Positions 19,271 to 28,025 of a stretch of 47,669 nt of DNA are shown piece by piece (positions within the stretch are counted from its first letter, which is position 1; each line of letters starts with the position of its first letter). A model generated the notes under the pieces. The model ran no database searches and was not told the DNA's origin. It saw only the letters and a list, made by a program, of their open reading frames with translations. Source of the DNA: Dehalococcoidia bacterium (GTDB lineage Bacteria > Chloroflexota > Dehalococcoidia > Dehalococcoidales > RBG-16-60-22); assembly GCA_003141235.1 (NCBI GenBank), contig PLLL01000069.1:8734-56402 (forward strand). The letters are read 5' to 3'. The translations under genes were made by a program, and so were the position numbers.

Positions 19271-20505
19271 AAAGAAAGTTCCTTCGTCCGCTGTTTACTG
19301 CCTGGGTTACTATGATAACGCACAAGCTAAGAAGCTTTTTAACGATTCTGGGCGTCGTTATCGGCGTCGCCGCCGTCATTATCTTAATGTCGGTCGGTAA
19401 AGGGACGACGGCGAGTATCATCAGTAGTATCAGCAGCCTGGGCACGAATCTGGTCTATGTCCAGCCGGGTTCAACCACGTCGGGGGGAGTCAGGTCGGGC
19501 TTCGGCTCGGCCAGCACTTTAACCCTGGAAGATGCCAAAGCTATTGCCAATGAAATTTCGAATATCACGGCGGTCGCTCCTTATGCTACCTCGAACGCGC
19601 AGGTCATTTTCGGCAGCAATAATATGAATGTCAGGATTACCGGCGTGACGATAGAATACCAGGAGGTGTTAAACATCGTCGTGACCGAGGGTGATTTTTT
19701 CACTCAATACCAGTATGACACCAAGGCGAAGGTAGCGCTTCTCGGATCCCAAGTCGCCAGCACGCTTTTCGGTACGGATGACCCCGTCGGACAGAAAATA
19801 AAAATGAGTAATACCGTTTTTACTGTTATCGGCCTTTTGGAGAGTAAAGGGTCATCCATGATGAATTCAACCGATCAGACTATCTTAATCCCTTTAACTA
19901 CCTTGCAGGGGATGATGTCGAGTTCGGTTACTGCCACGGGTCAACACACCATCAATTCCATAGACGTGCTGGTTACCGATAAAGATCAGATGAGTACGGT
20001 AAAAGACGATATCACCGCTTTATTGCAGACCCGTCATAAAATCGCCTTAGGTGCTGATAACGACTTTTCCGTGAGCTCCTCGGATGAACTCATCAGCACC
20101 ATCTCCTCGTCAACGGAAAGTATGACTATGTTGCTGGGAGCCATCGCCGGTATTTCTCTTCTCGTGGGCGGTATCGGCGTGATGAATATCATGCTGGTAT
20201 CCGTCATGGAGAGACGCAGAGAAATCGGCATCCGTAAAGCCCTGGGCGCCCAGGAATCGGCTATCTGGATTCAGTTCCTGATTGATTCGGCGCTGCTGAC
20301 TTTTGCCGGCGGTATCATCGGGGTCGCCATAGGCTGGGGAGGCTCGTACCTGGTTAATTATATGGGATGGTATACGACCGTCGTCACGACGAATGTCATA
20401 ATCCTGGCGGTATCAGTCTCGGTTGGTATCGGCCTTTTCTTTGGCACTTACCCCGCCTGGAGCGCCTCCCGGCTTAACCCCATCGAAGCGCTCAGGTCTG
20501 AATAA
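19267..20505 (+). CDS. MacB-family ABC permease (MacB_PCD + FtsX)
   Basis: KLRSFLTILGVVIGV; ISLLVGGIGVMNIMLVSV.ER.REIGIRKALGA; PA..ASRLNPIEALR. Confidence 0.95.
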   Translation: MKRKFLRPLFTAWVTMITHKLRSFLTILGVVIGVAAVIILMSVGKGTTASIISSISSLGTNLVYVQPGSTTSGGVRSGFGSASTLTLEDAKAIANEISNITAVAPYATSNAQVIFGSNNMNVRITGVTIEYQEVLNIVVTEGDFFTQYQYDTKAKVALLGSQVASTLFGTDDPVGQKIKMSNTVFTVIGLLESKGSSMMNSTDQTILIPLTTLQGMMSSSVTATGQHTINSIDVLVTDKDQMSTVKDDITALLQTRHKIALGADNDFSVSSSDELISTISSSTESMTMLLGAIAGISLLVGGIGVMNIMLVSVMERRREIGIRKALGAQESAIWIQFLIDSALLTFAGGIIGVAIGWGGSYLVNYMGWYTTVVTTNVIILAVSVSVGIGLFFGTYPAWSASRLNPIEALRSE

Positions 20506-20537
20506 TAAATATGCTAACAGTTGGATAACGAAATCTC

Positions 20538-20605
20538 GGGAGTGAAAAACTCCCTTTATATAACCCAAAGAATGCTGGCCTCCTTTTTCAGAGAAGGAGG
20601 CCAGC
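20538..20605. terminator. Paired hairpins between convergent operons
   Basis: GGGAGT-GAAAA-ACTCCC-TTT (20538-20557) and GCTGGCCTCCTT-N8-AAGGAGGCCAGC (20574-20605). Confidence 0.75.
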
Positions 20606-20631
20606 GCAATTTCCAATATACCTTTTAGATT

Positions 20632-22029
20632 CTATTTCTTGTCAGGCATCGGGAAACCCTGGGCTTTCAGTGCCTTTTGCAGGGCTTTATAATCTACTTT
20701 TCTTGGTTCAATCTTGTTCTTAACCGCAATAGCAGCGGCTGTGCCGGCGGCCTGGCCTGTCGCGACGCAGTGGGGGATAAGGTTGGCCATATTATTGGCG
20801 AATGCGTCGGATGAGAAGCTGCGTCCGGCGGTAAGAAAGCCGTCGACTTCCTTGGGAACCAGGGCGCGGTAAGGGAAGCATGAGGCGGAAGGTCCTTGTC
20901 CCGGGGGACCCATACGGCGGAACATAACCACGGTGTCTTCATGAACCTTCGGAGACATTAAATCATCTTTAGTGATGAAATATTCACCGGTAAGACGCCG
21001 TCCACCGCGTGTGCCGAGCTGTGAGGCAGTGTCCATGATCCAGGCTTTTTCATAGCCGGGCATATTGGCTTTAACGAATTTTAACCAGATGCGCATTGCC
21101 TTCCTCATGTTCACTTCCACCCAGGTCAAGTCATCGACATTGGAGGTACTGCGGTTTTGAATCCAGTTGTTGACCCAAACAACATCAGGGCGAGGCGTTG
21201 CTTGCGGGACGAGATGATAGGGGTTCATCGTGCCGGGTTTTAATGCCGCTTTAAATTCTTCGCTCCAGATGCCGTCCATTTTCTCTTTCAGTACTTTATG
21301 TTTCTCTGGATTATCCATTCGCCATGTATTGAACTTTACAACGTCTACACCGGCTACGCGGAAGACCAGCGCAAGTGCCGAGCTGCGGAGGTTATCCCCT
21401 TTGGATTCATCAAAAGCCGCGCCGGCGGAGGGGAACAGGTCGCCATCGCCGGTAGTGTCGATAATTACCTTGCCTAAAATGGCCTGGCGGCCGGATTTAC
21501 TTTCAAACGCGATGCCTTTGACTTTATTCTTATCGACGATAGCGCGGGCGGCCCAGGAATGCAGCAGCAGTTTGACCCCGGCTTCTTCGATGAGGTCATT
21601 CAGCACGCACTTGAGCATTTCCTGGTCGAAATAGACGGAATATCTCATTTCGCCGCCGATCATGCCAAAGGTGCGCATCGCCCAGTCCTTAATGATTTTT
21701 GGGTCTTTAGAGCCGACTTCTTCTTTTTTAGGATGCAGACAGCCATCCAGAGGTTCACACCTGTCTACCCACTCCTGGCAGACACCTAACAGTTTCCAGG
21801 GTTCGATGCCGGCAAATACCTGCGGTACCATTAGTACCTGCCCACCTGTCGCCATGCCGCCCAGGTGACCGTACCTTTCTACCAGGATTGTCTTGGCCCC
21901 GCTCCTGGCGGCTGACAGCGCAGCACCGATACCACCCGGACCGCCGCCTACCACGACTACATCCGCTTCGTGGTAAATTTTAATATCCTGGCCTGGTTCG
22001 CTATAAGTCTTGTTTGCCTTTGTTGCCAT
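20632..22029 (-). CDS. FAD-dependent oxidoreductase (FAD_oxidored family)
   Basis: DVVVVGGGPGG.GAA..AAR.G..LVER..LGG; IDTTGDGDL; PYRALVPK; GQAAGTAAA. Confidence 0.9.
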   Translation of the reverse strand: MATKANKTYSEPGQDIKIYHEADVVVVGGGPGGIGAALSAARSGAKTILVERYGHLGGMATGGQVLMVPQVFAGIEPWKLLGVCQEWVDRCEPLDGCLHPKKEEVGSKDPKIIKDWAMRTFGMIGGEMRYSVYFDQEMLKCVLNDLIEEAGVKLLLHSWAARAIVDKNKVKGIAFESKSGRQAILGKVIIDTTGDGDLFPSAGAAFDESKGDNLRSSALALVFRVAGVDVVKFNTWRMDNPEKHKVLKEKMDGIWSEEFKAALKPGTMNPYHLVPQATPRPDVVWVNNWIQNRSTSNVDDLTWVEVNMRKAMRIWLKFVKANMPGYEKAWIMDTASQLGTRGGRRLTGEYFITKDDLMSPKVHEDTVVMFRRMGPPGQGPSASCFPYRALVPKEVDGFLTAGRSFSSDAFANNMANLIPHCVATGQAAGTAAAIAVKNKIEPRKVDYKALQKALKAQGFPMPDKK

Positions 22030-22374
22030 ACTTCACATCTCCTTAAGAATTAATAGTGTGCGAATTAATTCTTTGGGTATTATAATCTATTATCGGTTAT
22101 ATTCTCAAGTAAATATGAAATAATATTTTAAAATGTGAACCGTAATATCAATTAAGATACTAAATAGCTTGAAGTCTCGACTAACTGATACATATCAGCT
22201 ATATACGCTATGGTGTTCCCAACGGGGGTTTTAGCTTAGTCAGATGTTATTTATTTGATCGCATAAATATAAAAATGGAAGAATATCATTATCCGGAGTA
22301 TTGACGATAGCTTAATATGCAGTATGAGGAAATGGCAAAAATAACTATCTGACCCTAAAAAACTGGTCCAGTTA

Positions 22375-22548
22375 TTACGTGATAATGCTTACGACTGGAC
22401 TATGCATTTTTGCCCTGCGAATGGTTATACGTGTCTTCTCTTCTTCTCTTAGTTTTTCAAAATCTCTTGTGGCGCCGCACTTTTTGCAGTGACCTACCAA
22501 ATAATCTCCGATTATCCACCAATGAACACAACTGGAGTCTATAATCAT
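22375..22548 (-). CDS. Small Cys/His protein (57 aa, MIIDSSCVHWWIIGDYLVGHCKKCGATRDF...), putative Zn-binding; absent from the ORF track
   Basis: Translated by hand; GGAGG RBS 4 nt before the ATG; CxH...CxxCG motif. Confidence 0.7.
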   Translation of the reverse strand: MIIDSSCVHWWIIGDYLVGHCKKCGATRDFEKLREEEKTRITIRRAKMHSPVVSIIT

Positions 22549-22623
22549 AATACCTCCGTTTCATTTCCGGGTAATGGACATGTTATGGATTGTGCCTGTG
22601 TGCCTTGCCAATCATATCTATGC

Positions 22624-22755
22624 CTAACGAACTGGCGAATATAAGCCGCTAATCAATTTTTCCTGTTCTTTAAAATCAAAAATATTCCGGCGAATCCGGG
22701 CTTTCTCTCTGCGAATAAATATTTTCCTTGATCTTGATAAAACATTCGTATTCAT
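22624..22755 (-). CDS. Small basic protein (43 aa, MNTNVLSRSRKIFIRREKARIRRNIFDFKEQEKLISGLYSPVR); absent from the ORF track
   Basis: Translated by hand; AGGAGG RBS; helical Arg/Lys-rich sequence. Confidence 0.65.
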   Translation of the reverse strand: MNTNVLSRSRKIFIRREKARIRRNIFDFKEQEKLISGLYSPVR

Positions 22756-22811
22756 CTTCTACCTCCTATAAAAAGAATAAGGGAAATACCTCTAACTGTA
22801 TCTCACCAATT

Positions 22812-22868
22812 ATCCTGGAGGGCAGACAATATAAAACAATTATTCACATTGCCTGCCCTTCCAGGGAT
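22812..22868 (-). terminator. Stem-loop downstream of the zinc-ribbon gene
   Basis: CTGGAGGGCAGACAAT...ATTGCCTGCCCTTCCAG imperfect inverted repeat. Confidence 0.55.
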
Positions 22869-22907
22869 ATTTCATTTTATATGCAACACTGGCTATACGC
22901 AGAAGGT

Positions 22908-23096
22908 CTAGTACCGTGACGCGTAGCTGTTGCTGCCGTTGTCGGAACGCTGCGCTTTATTGGTTCGGCGGCATGAGGAACAACGCTTAGGCTCATTGGT
23001 AAAGCCTTTAGTCTGGTAGAATTCTTGTTCCCCGGCGGTGAAAGTGAAGGTAGTCTTGCAATCGGAACACTGGATAGACTTGTCCTGAAAACTCAT
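22908..23096 (-). CDS. Zinc-ribbon domain protein (CxxC...EQEFY..KGF.NEPKRC..C)
   Basis: CSDC..FTFTAGEQEFY.TKGFTNEPKRCSSCR; GAGGAG RBS; TTGACA-N18-TATACT promoter at 23240-23211 (-). Confidence 0.9.
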   Translation of the reverse strand: MSFQDKSIQCSDCKTTFTFTAGEQEFYQTKGFTNEPKRCSSCRRTNKAQRSDNGSNSYASRY

Positions 23097-23420
23097 TGGA
23101 TGATCTCCTCTCTTCTAAGTTTTAGTTAGAGCTCGGGTCATCCAATACTTGATATAAATCTAAAGGGATTCTAAGAAGCAGATAACAACCTAAACCGGAA
23201 CTATACATAAAGTATATCTTTAAATGAATCCATTTGTCAAATTGACCCACTACCAAACGCTTATGTCCCTTGACTTATTGCGGCAGTTAGCCTAATATAA
23301 CGCGAGTTAGGTCAGGGGTGCTTTGGCAGTGGCTATCGCTCTTGGCGTAAATATCTTTGTCGAAAACTTATATGCTATACTTTACCTGTCTGGATAATAA
23401 CGTAATTGAAGGAGGCTACA

Positions 23421-24152
23421 ATGAAAGCACTGTCTAAGGGATTATTTTATTTATCGATTTTACTGATAATCTACGGTATTGTCGCTGCCCTTTACGGAAT
23501 TAATCTGTTCATAGAATCTCCAAAATATGCTGAAGCCGCTATACTCGGAGGTCTTGGTCTCGTTATATTAATTGCCAGATTTGAAATAACGTCAGACAGG
23601 CAAAACAAAAGCGTGACGGCACTCACAGCGAATGCAGAGGAGATTCAATTAAGAGTCGAGCAACTTCAATCAGAGGTTGGTCGGATTCAAACGGGAATCG
23701 TAGACACTAGATCAAATGTTGAAAAACTCCAGACGAGCGTTGGCGAACTTCAATCGAATGGCAAGTCGCTTCAAGCTAAAGCCGCAGCACTTGAATCAGG
23801 TGTTCAGATATATCAAACAAGAGTCATTGCGCTTGAACCGGGTGTTGAGACACTACAAGCCAGAGCCATTGCGCTTGAATCAGGTGTTGAAACACTCCAA
23901 ACGAAAGTAGTGGGACTTGAAGCTAATGTTGACGGGCTTAATCGCGGCTTTGGCGAGATTCATGGTGACTTTGGCGGTCTTCATGAGGATTTTGGGTCAC
24001 TTCATGGGAACGTTGGTGGTCTTCATGGAGAGTTTGGAACTGTTCACAAGAATTTAGGAGAGCTTCACAGAGACGTCGGAGAAATTCGTAAGGACGTCGT
24101 AGGAGTCCAGGAAGATATACGGGAAATTCTAGAGAAGCTACAGGCTGAATAG
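23421..24152 (+). CDS. Two-TM protein with long coiled coil and His-containing heptads
   Basis: AAGGAGG RBS before ATG 23421; two hydrophobic helices; heptad periodicity; 42-nt tandem repeats at about 23785-23900. Confidence 0.8.
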   Translation: MKALSKGLFYLSILLIIYGIVAALYGINLFIESPKYAEAAILGGLGLVILIARFEITSDRQNKSVTALTANAEEIQLRVEQLQSEVGRIQTGIVDTRSNVEKLQTSVGELQSNGKSLQAKAAALESGVQIYQTRVIALEPGVETLQARAIALESGVETLQTKVVGLEANVDGLNRGFGEIHGDFGGLHEDFGSLHGNVGGLHGEFGTVHKNLGELHRDVGEIRKDVVGVQEDIREILEKLQAE

Positions 24153-24280
24153 ACCTGGCACGGCAGTAAACAAAGCGTAGGGAAAGAATAAAGTAAAGAT
24201 AAGAAGGTAATCGTACCGGATATTCAGGTACTCCCGGCGGAGTGCAATCCCCAAAGTTGGGTTATTCAATAAACAAGACT

Positions 24281-27235
24281 CTATTCTTTGAGTCGGCCGA
24301 ATTGGCTGAAGAAACTGAGCAGATGGCTTCGCTGCACCTCTAACTGGGTGAGCATGGACACAACTACTCTAGTCTTACTATTCTCCCTGTAGGCGCGGCG
24401 CAGATTAAGGTGAAGAGAGCGGAGGCGCAGGGTTTCCTCTTCACTGGAGGCCTGCATAATCGGGCCAGCGAAAGACGTGATATCCTCACTGCTTAACCAG
24501 AGTGCCTTTATCTCGGACTCACGACCACCTTGAGGTTTTATAGTGTAGTCCCGCTCCGAAGGCTCATGCAGAGACTTTCCACGGAACCAATTCACGGCGT
24601 CAGAGTAAGCCGAGGAGATAAATGCCCAACCATCCTTATCCATAAAGTCCGGGGGGACTTCCGCAACTGTATCGTGGTAGATATCCTGTAATAGCGAAAC
24701 TGCCTGCAAGGCGCACTGGTTAACCGCATCAACAAACCCGTTCATGTCCTGTAAAATTGGCTGCCCATCCAGTAAGGACAACAGGTCCTGGTATGTAGGA
24801 TGGCGCATCCATTGCGGCTCATAGCTCGCCTGGAGTTCACCCTTAAGTAACTGCTCGCAGATCTGAGCTGATACTTTAGTACCCATCGTGGTTTCTATCA
24901 GGTCAACCACCCAGTTTACGTCATAACCGGGTTCCACCAGTGGTAAAGACTGAGCGAAGTCTATGATAACCAGAAGACGGGCCCTGTCTTCGGTAGATAA
25001 CGTCTTTGCCCCTTTTGCCGGCTCGGGTAGAGCCAGTCTCCAGGACAACTGGTGGTCTTTAAGAGCTTCCTCACCAGTTCCAATTTCTCGCCACTGCCCT
25101 GTGACAATCTGGGGCACCGTGATTTCAGGAACAGTAACAACTTCTCGTTCTCGACGACGCGCCTTCAGACGACGCCAGCCAAAGTAGGCGCCTCCGCCAA
25201 CGACCGCGATGCCGGCCAGGATTATAAGCAACAATGCCCACAGCGGCATGAGCCCCGCTTTAAGTAAGCGGACCTGTGACCATGAGCTTTCGTTAGAAGC
25301 ACCATTAATAGCTTTAACTCTCCAGTAGTAATGGCCGCGCGGTAAGGCCTCTGTCGCTGTTAGAGTATAATGGCTGGTTGGGATATCCGTCTTGTCTAAT
25401 AAAATCTGAGAGAAATCAGAATATGTATCCACTTGAAGCGAGTAAGTGACGCCGCTGGGGTCGGCGACATTGGACCATGAAAAAGTTGGGGTAATGTTCC
25501 CCAGGATACTGATTCTGGCAGCATCTCCGGGAGACAGCGGGACAGGTGCCGGCGGCGGGGTGTTGTTCATGCTGAAAGTAGCTTTGGCGCTATTCTTTTG
25601 CCCGTCAGTGACGCCGACGGTATGGTCGCCGGCCTTCGACTTGGGTACTACGAATGACTTAACAAAACTACCGGTAGCATCGGTGGTGGCTCCTTCTACC
25701 GGAATCTCCTTATCTTCATAGGTAAATGTCAGGGGACTGTTAGGGGCAAAGCCGAAGCCGCTGATTTGAACTGTACCCCCAACATAGCCGGAGGCAGGAT
25801 TTAAAGAAATGCCTGCTGAGACCTTGAAATTGGTTCCGCCAAGACTGCTCGCTTGGGTAATCGAGCCCTTAGCTCCGATGTTGTGAGACCCTAAGGAGGA
25901 GGCGGGAACAGTGAATGTACCGCTCCAGTTTCCCAGGGAATCGGCTGAAATACCTGAGCTAATAGAGTTACTGTCAAAGGTTATCATTACACCGGTTTCA
26001 CCGGCGCTAAAGCCGGAACCGGTAACGGTTGCCGAACTGCCCGGAGGCCCGCTTGTCGGATTGACGGCAATGGTAGGGTTTACCACAAAGGTTATGCCGG
26101 GAAGAGATCCGGCCAGGGTAGAGGAGCCGTAGGCGCTGACACTATGGGAACCGGAGGGTGAAGCAGGAACAGTGAATTTACCACTCCAGTTTCCCAGGGA
26201 ATTGGCCGAAGTACCTGAGGTAATAGGGTTATCGTCAAAGGTTATAATTATACCCGTTTCATTAGTGCCAAAGCCGGAACTGGTGATGGTTACCGCACTG
26301 CCCGGAGGCCCGCTTGCCGGATTAACGGTAAGGGTGGGGTTTACCACGAAGGTTATGCCGGGAAGAGAGCCTTCCACGGTAGAGGAGCCGTAAGCGCTGA
26401 CACTATGGGAACCGGAGGGTGAAACGGGAATGGTGAAGGTGCCGCTCCAGTTACCCAGGGAGTTGGCTGACTTAGCCGAGGCGACCGGGCTATCATCAAA
26501 GGTTATCGTTATGCCCGTTTCATTAGTGCCAAAGCCAGTACCGGTAACGGTTACCACGGTGCCCGGAGGCCCGTTTCTTGGGTTGATGACGAGGGTGCGA
26601 TTCGGTACTGTGAAGATAACAATGGGAACATAGTCAGACGGGGTAACGGGACCGTAAGCGCTGATATTGTGGGCACCGGAAAGTGAAGTGGGGACAATGA
26701 AGGTATCGCTCCAGCTCCCCAGAGAGTTGGCTGACTTAGCCGAGGCGACCGGGTTATTATCAAAGGTTATCGTTATGCCCGATTCATTAGTGCCAAAGCC
26801 AGTGCCGGTAACGGTTACCACGGTGCTCGGAGGCCCGCTTCTCGGGTTGATGGAGAGGACGCGATTCGGTACTGTGAAGAAAACACCCGGAGCAGAGCCG
26901 GACAGGGTAAGTGGACCGTAGGCATTGACACTGTGAGAACCGGAGGGTGAAACGGGAACGGTGAAGGTGCCGCTCCAACTCCCCGTGGAGCCGGCTGACT
27001 TAGACGAGGCGACCGGCTTATCATCAAAGGTTATCGTTATGCCCGTCTCACTGGCTTGAAAGCCGGTGCCGGTAACGGTTACCACGGTGCCCGGAACCCC
27101 GGTAGTTGGGCTGACGCTGATGGTGGGGGTGATGGTGGCCGCCTGAGCTGTAACCGAAATGACGCCGGTTATTATCAGCACCCAAGCCAGTATCAGTTTT
27201 AGGATAATCGCACGATTTAATGTTCTTCGCTTCAT
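24281..27235 (-). CDS. Cell-surface protein: signal peptide, six IPT/TIG-like repeats, FN3-like domain, TM helix, cytoplasmic domain
   Basis: Repeats P..G.PG..VTVTG.GF...ETGI.ITFD...G.WSG.F.VP.S..G.H; YYWRVKA..A.NES.WS; TM followed by RRLKARRR. Start may be 27235 or 27256. Confidence 0.85.
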   Translation of the reverse strand: MKRRTLNRAIILKLILAWVLIITGVISVTAQAATITPTISVSPTTGVPGTVVTVTGTGFQASETGITITFDDKPVASSKSAGSTGSWSGTFTVPVSPSGSHSVNAYGPLTLSGSAPGVFFTVPNRVLSINPRSGPPSTVVTVTGTGFGTNESGITITFDNNPVASAKSANSLGSWSDTFIVPTSLSGAHNISAYGPVTPSDYVPIVIFTVPNRTLVINPRNGPPGTVVTVTGTGFGTNETGITITFDDSPVASAKSANSLGNWSGTFTIPVSPSGSHSVSAYGSSTVEGSLPGITFVVNPTLTVNPASGPPGSAVTITSSGFGTNETGIIITFDDNPITSGTSANSLGNWSGKFTVPASPSGSHSVSAYGSSTLAGSLPGITFVVNPTIAVNPTSGPPGSSATVTGSGFSAGETGVMITFDSNSISSGISADSLGNWSGTFTVPASSLGSHNIGAKGSITQASSLGGTNFKVSAGISLNPASGYVGGTVQISGFGFAPNSPLTFTYEDKEIPVEGATTDATGSFVKSFVVPKSKAGDHTVGVTDGQKNSAKATFSMNNTPPPAPVPLSPGDAARISILGNITPTFSWSNVADPSGVTYSLQVDTYSDFSQILLDKTDIPTSHYTLTATEALPRGHYYWRVKAINGASNESSWSQVRLLKAGLMPLWALLLIILAGIAVVGGGAYFGWRRLKARRREREVVTVPEITVPQIVTGQWREIGTGEEALKDHQLSWRLALPEPAKGAKTLSTEDRARLLVIIDFAQSLPLVEPGYDVNWVVDLIETTMGTKVSAQICEQLLKGELQASYEPQWMRHPTYQDLLSLLDGQPILQDMNGFVDAVNQCALQAVSLLQDIYHDTVAEVPPDFMDKDGWAFISSAYSDAVNWFRGKSLHEPSERDYTIKPQGGRESEIKALWLSSEDITSFAGPIMQASSEEETLRLRSLHLNLRRAYRENSKTRVVVSMLTQLEVQRSHLLSFFSQFGRLKE

Positions 27236-27602
27236 GCCTCTAAGCCTTGTCCACAATCATGTCTTGAAACTGACCATCCGTTTTTGGTTACGAAAAACCA
27301 GATAAGCGACGTAACGTTAACTAAAGCAAGAGTAGTTCCAGCAAGAACAAGTAACACGCTTATCTCTATAACCTTATATAGAAGTTTTTCATTACAGATG
27401 ATTATTTCCTCCGAAACTCTCCTGGCTACCACTCCAACTTTTTGCTAATGTGTTAATTTTACCCTAGAAAACATCAAATAGCAACCAATTTTTGAAGGGC
27501 TGGCAAAATCAAACGTTAAAAGGTAACTTAATAAAACATCTTTTTGTTCAATCTCGCTCTATCCAACAAAACTCGGTTTTGTTCAACCGGCTCCACCCAA
27601 CA

Positions 27603-27733
27603 AATAATCTCCCAAGTTTGCGGGAGGCTGGCGGTAAAATTCTAGCCCTGCCTGAGAATTCTTCAGGCGTTACTTAACGATGGTAAGTTACTTCCAGGCC
27701 ATGACTGTGGGTTTTAGGAACTTCTAAATTACC
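27603..27733 (-). ncRNA. Possible degenerate Moco-RNA-like cis-regulatory element
   Basis: Minus strand, in order: CCTAAAAC..GTCATGG, hairpin GCCTGA..TCAGGC, CAGGGC..GCCTCCCG..TTGG, closing stem GGTAATTT/AGATTATT. The usual GNRA loop in P4 is missing. Confidence 0.3.
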
Positions 27734-28025
27734 TCTTTTTCAAGTTTCCTATTTCTCTTAAACATCCTGTAGCCTCTTAATTTTGGTAGCTACAAGATAA
27801 ATCAGATTATACCTTTACGCAAGAGAACCATTACGAAGTAAACGGTTTACTAGACAAATCCGATGTGTTAGAATAGGCTAAATATTCTATATCGCACATC
27901 AGGTATATTGTAAAATTTAGAAAGGAGGTGATAGTACACTCAAGACAAATTAAAAACGAGTTATTCTTTTTCAGTGATTTATTCTGGCAATACGGAAGTC
28001 CAAAATAGTACAGGAGGATAATATA

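Noticed and set aside
25570-27130. CRISPR-like or non-coding repeat array
   Set aside because: Repeats are ~260-nt in-frame protein domain duplications with no repeat-spacer structure and no cas genes.
27232-27677. Short ORFs 27232-27432 (-) and 27492-27677 (+)
   Set aside because: No convincing motif or RBS; AT-rich leader region. The hydrophobic 66-aa ORF cannot be fully excluded.
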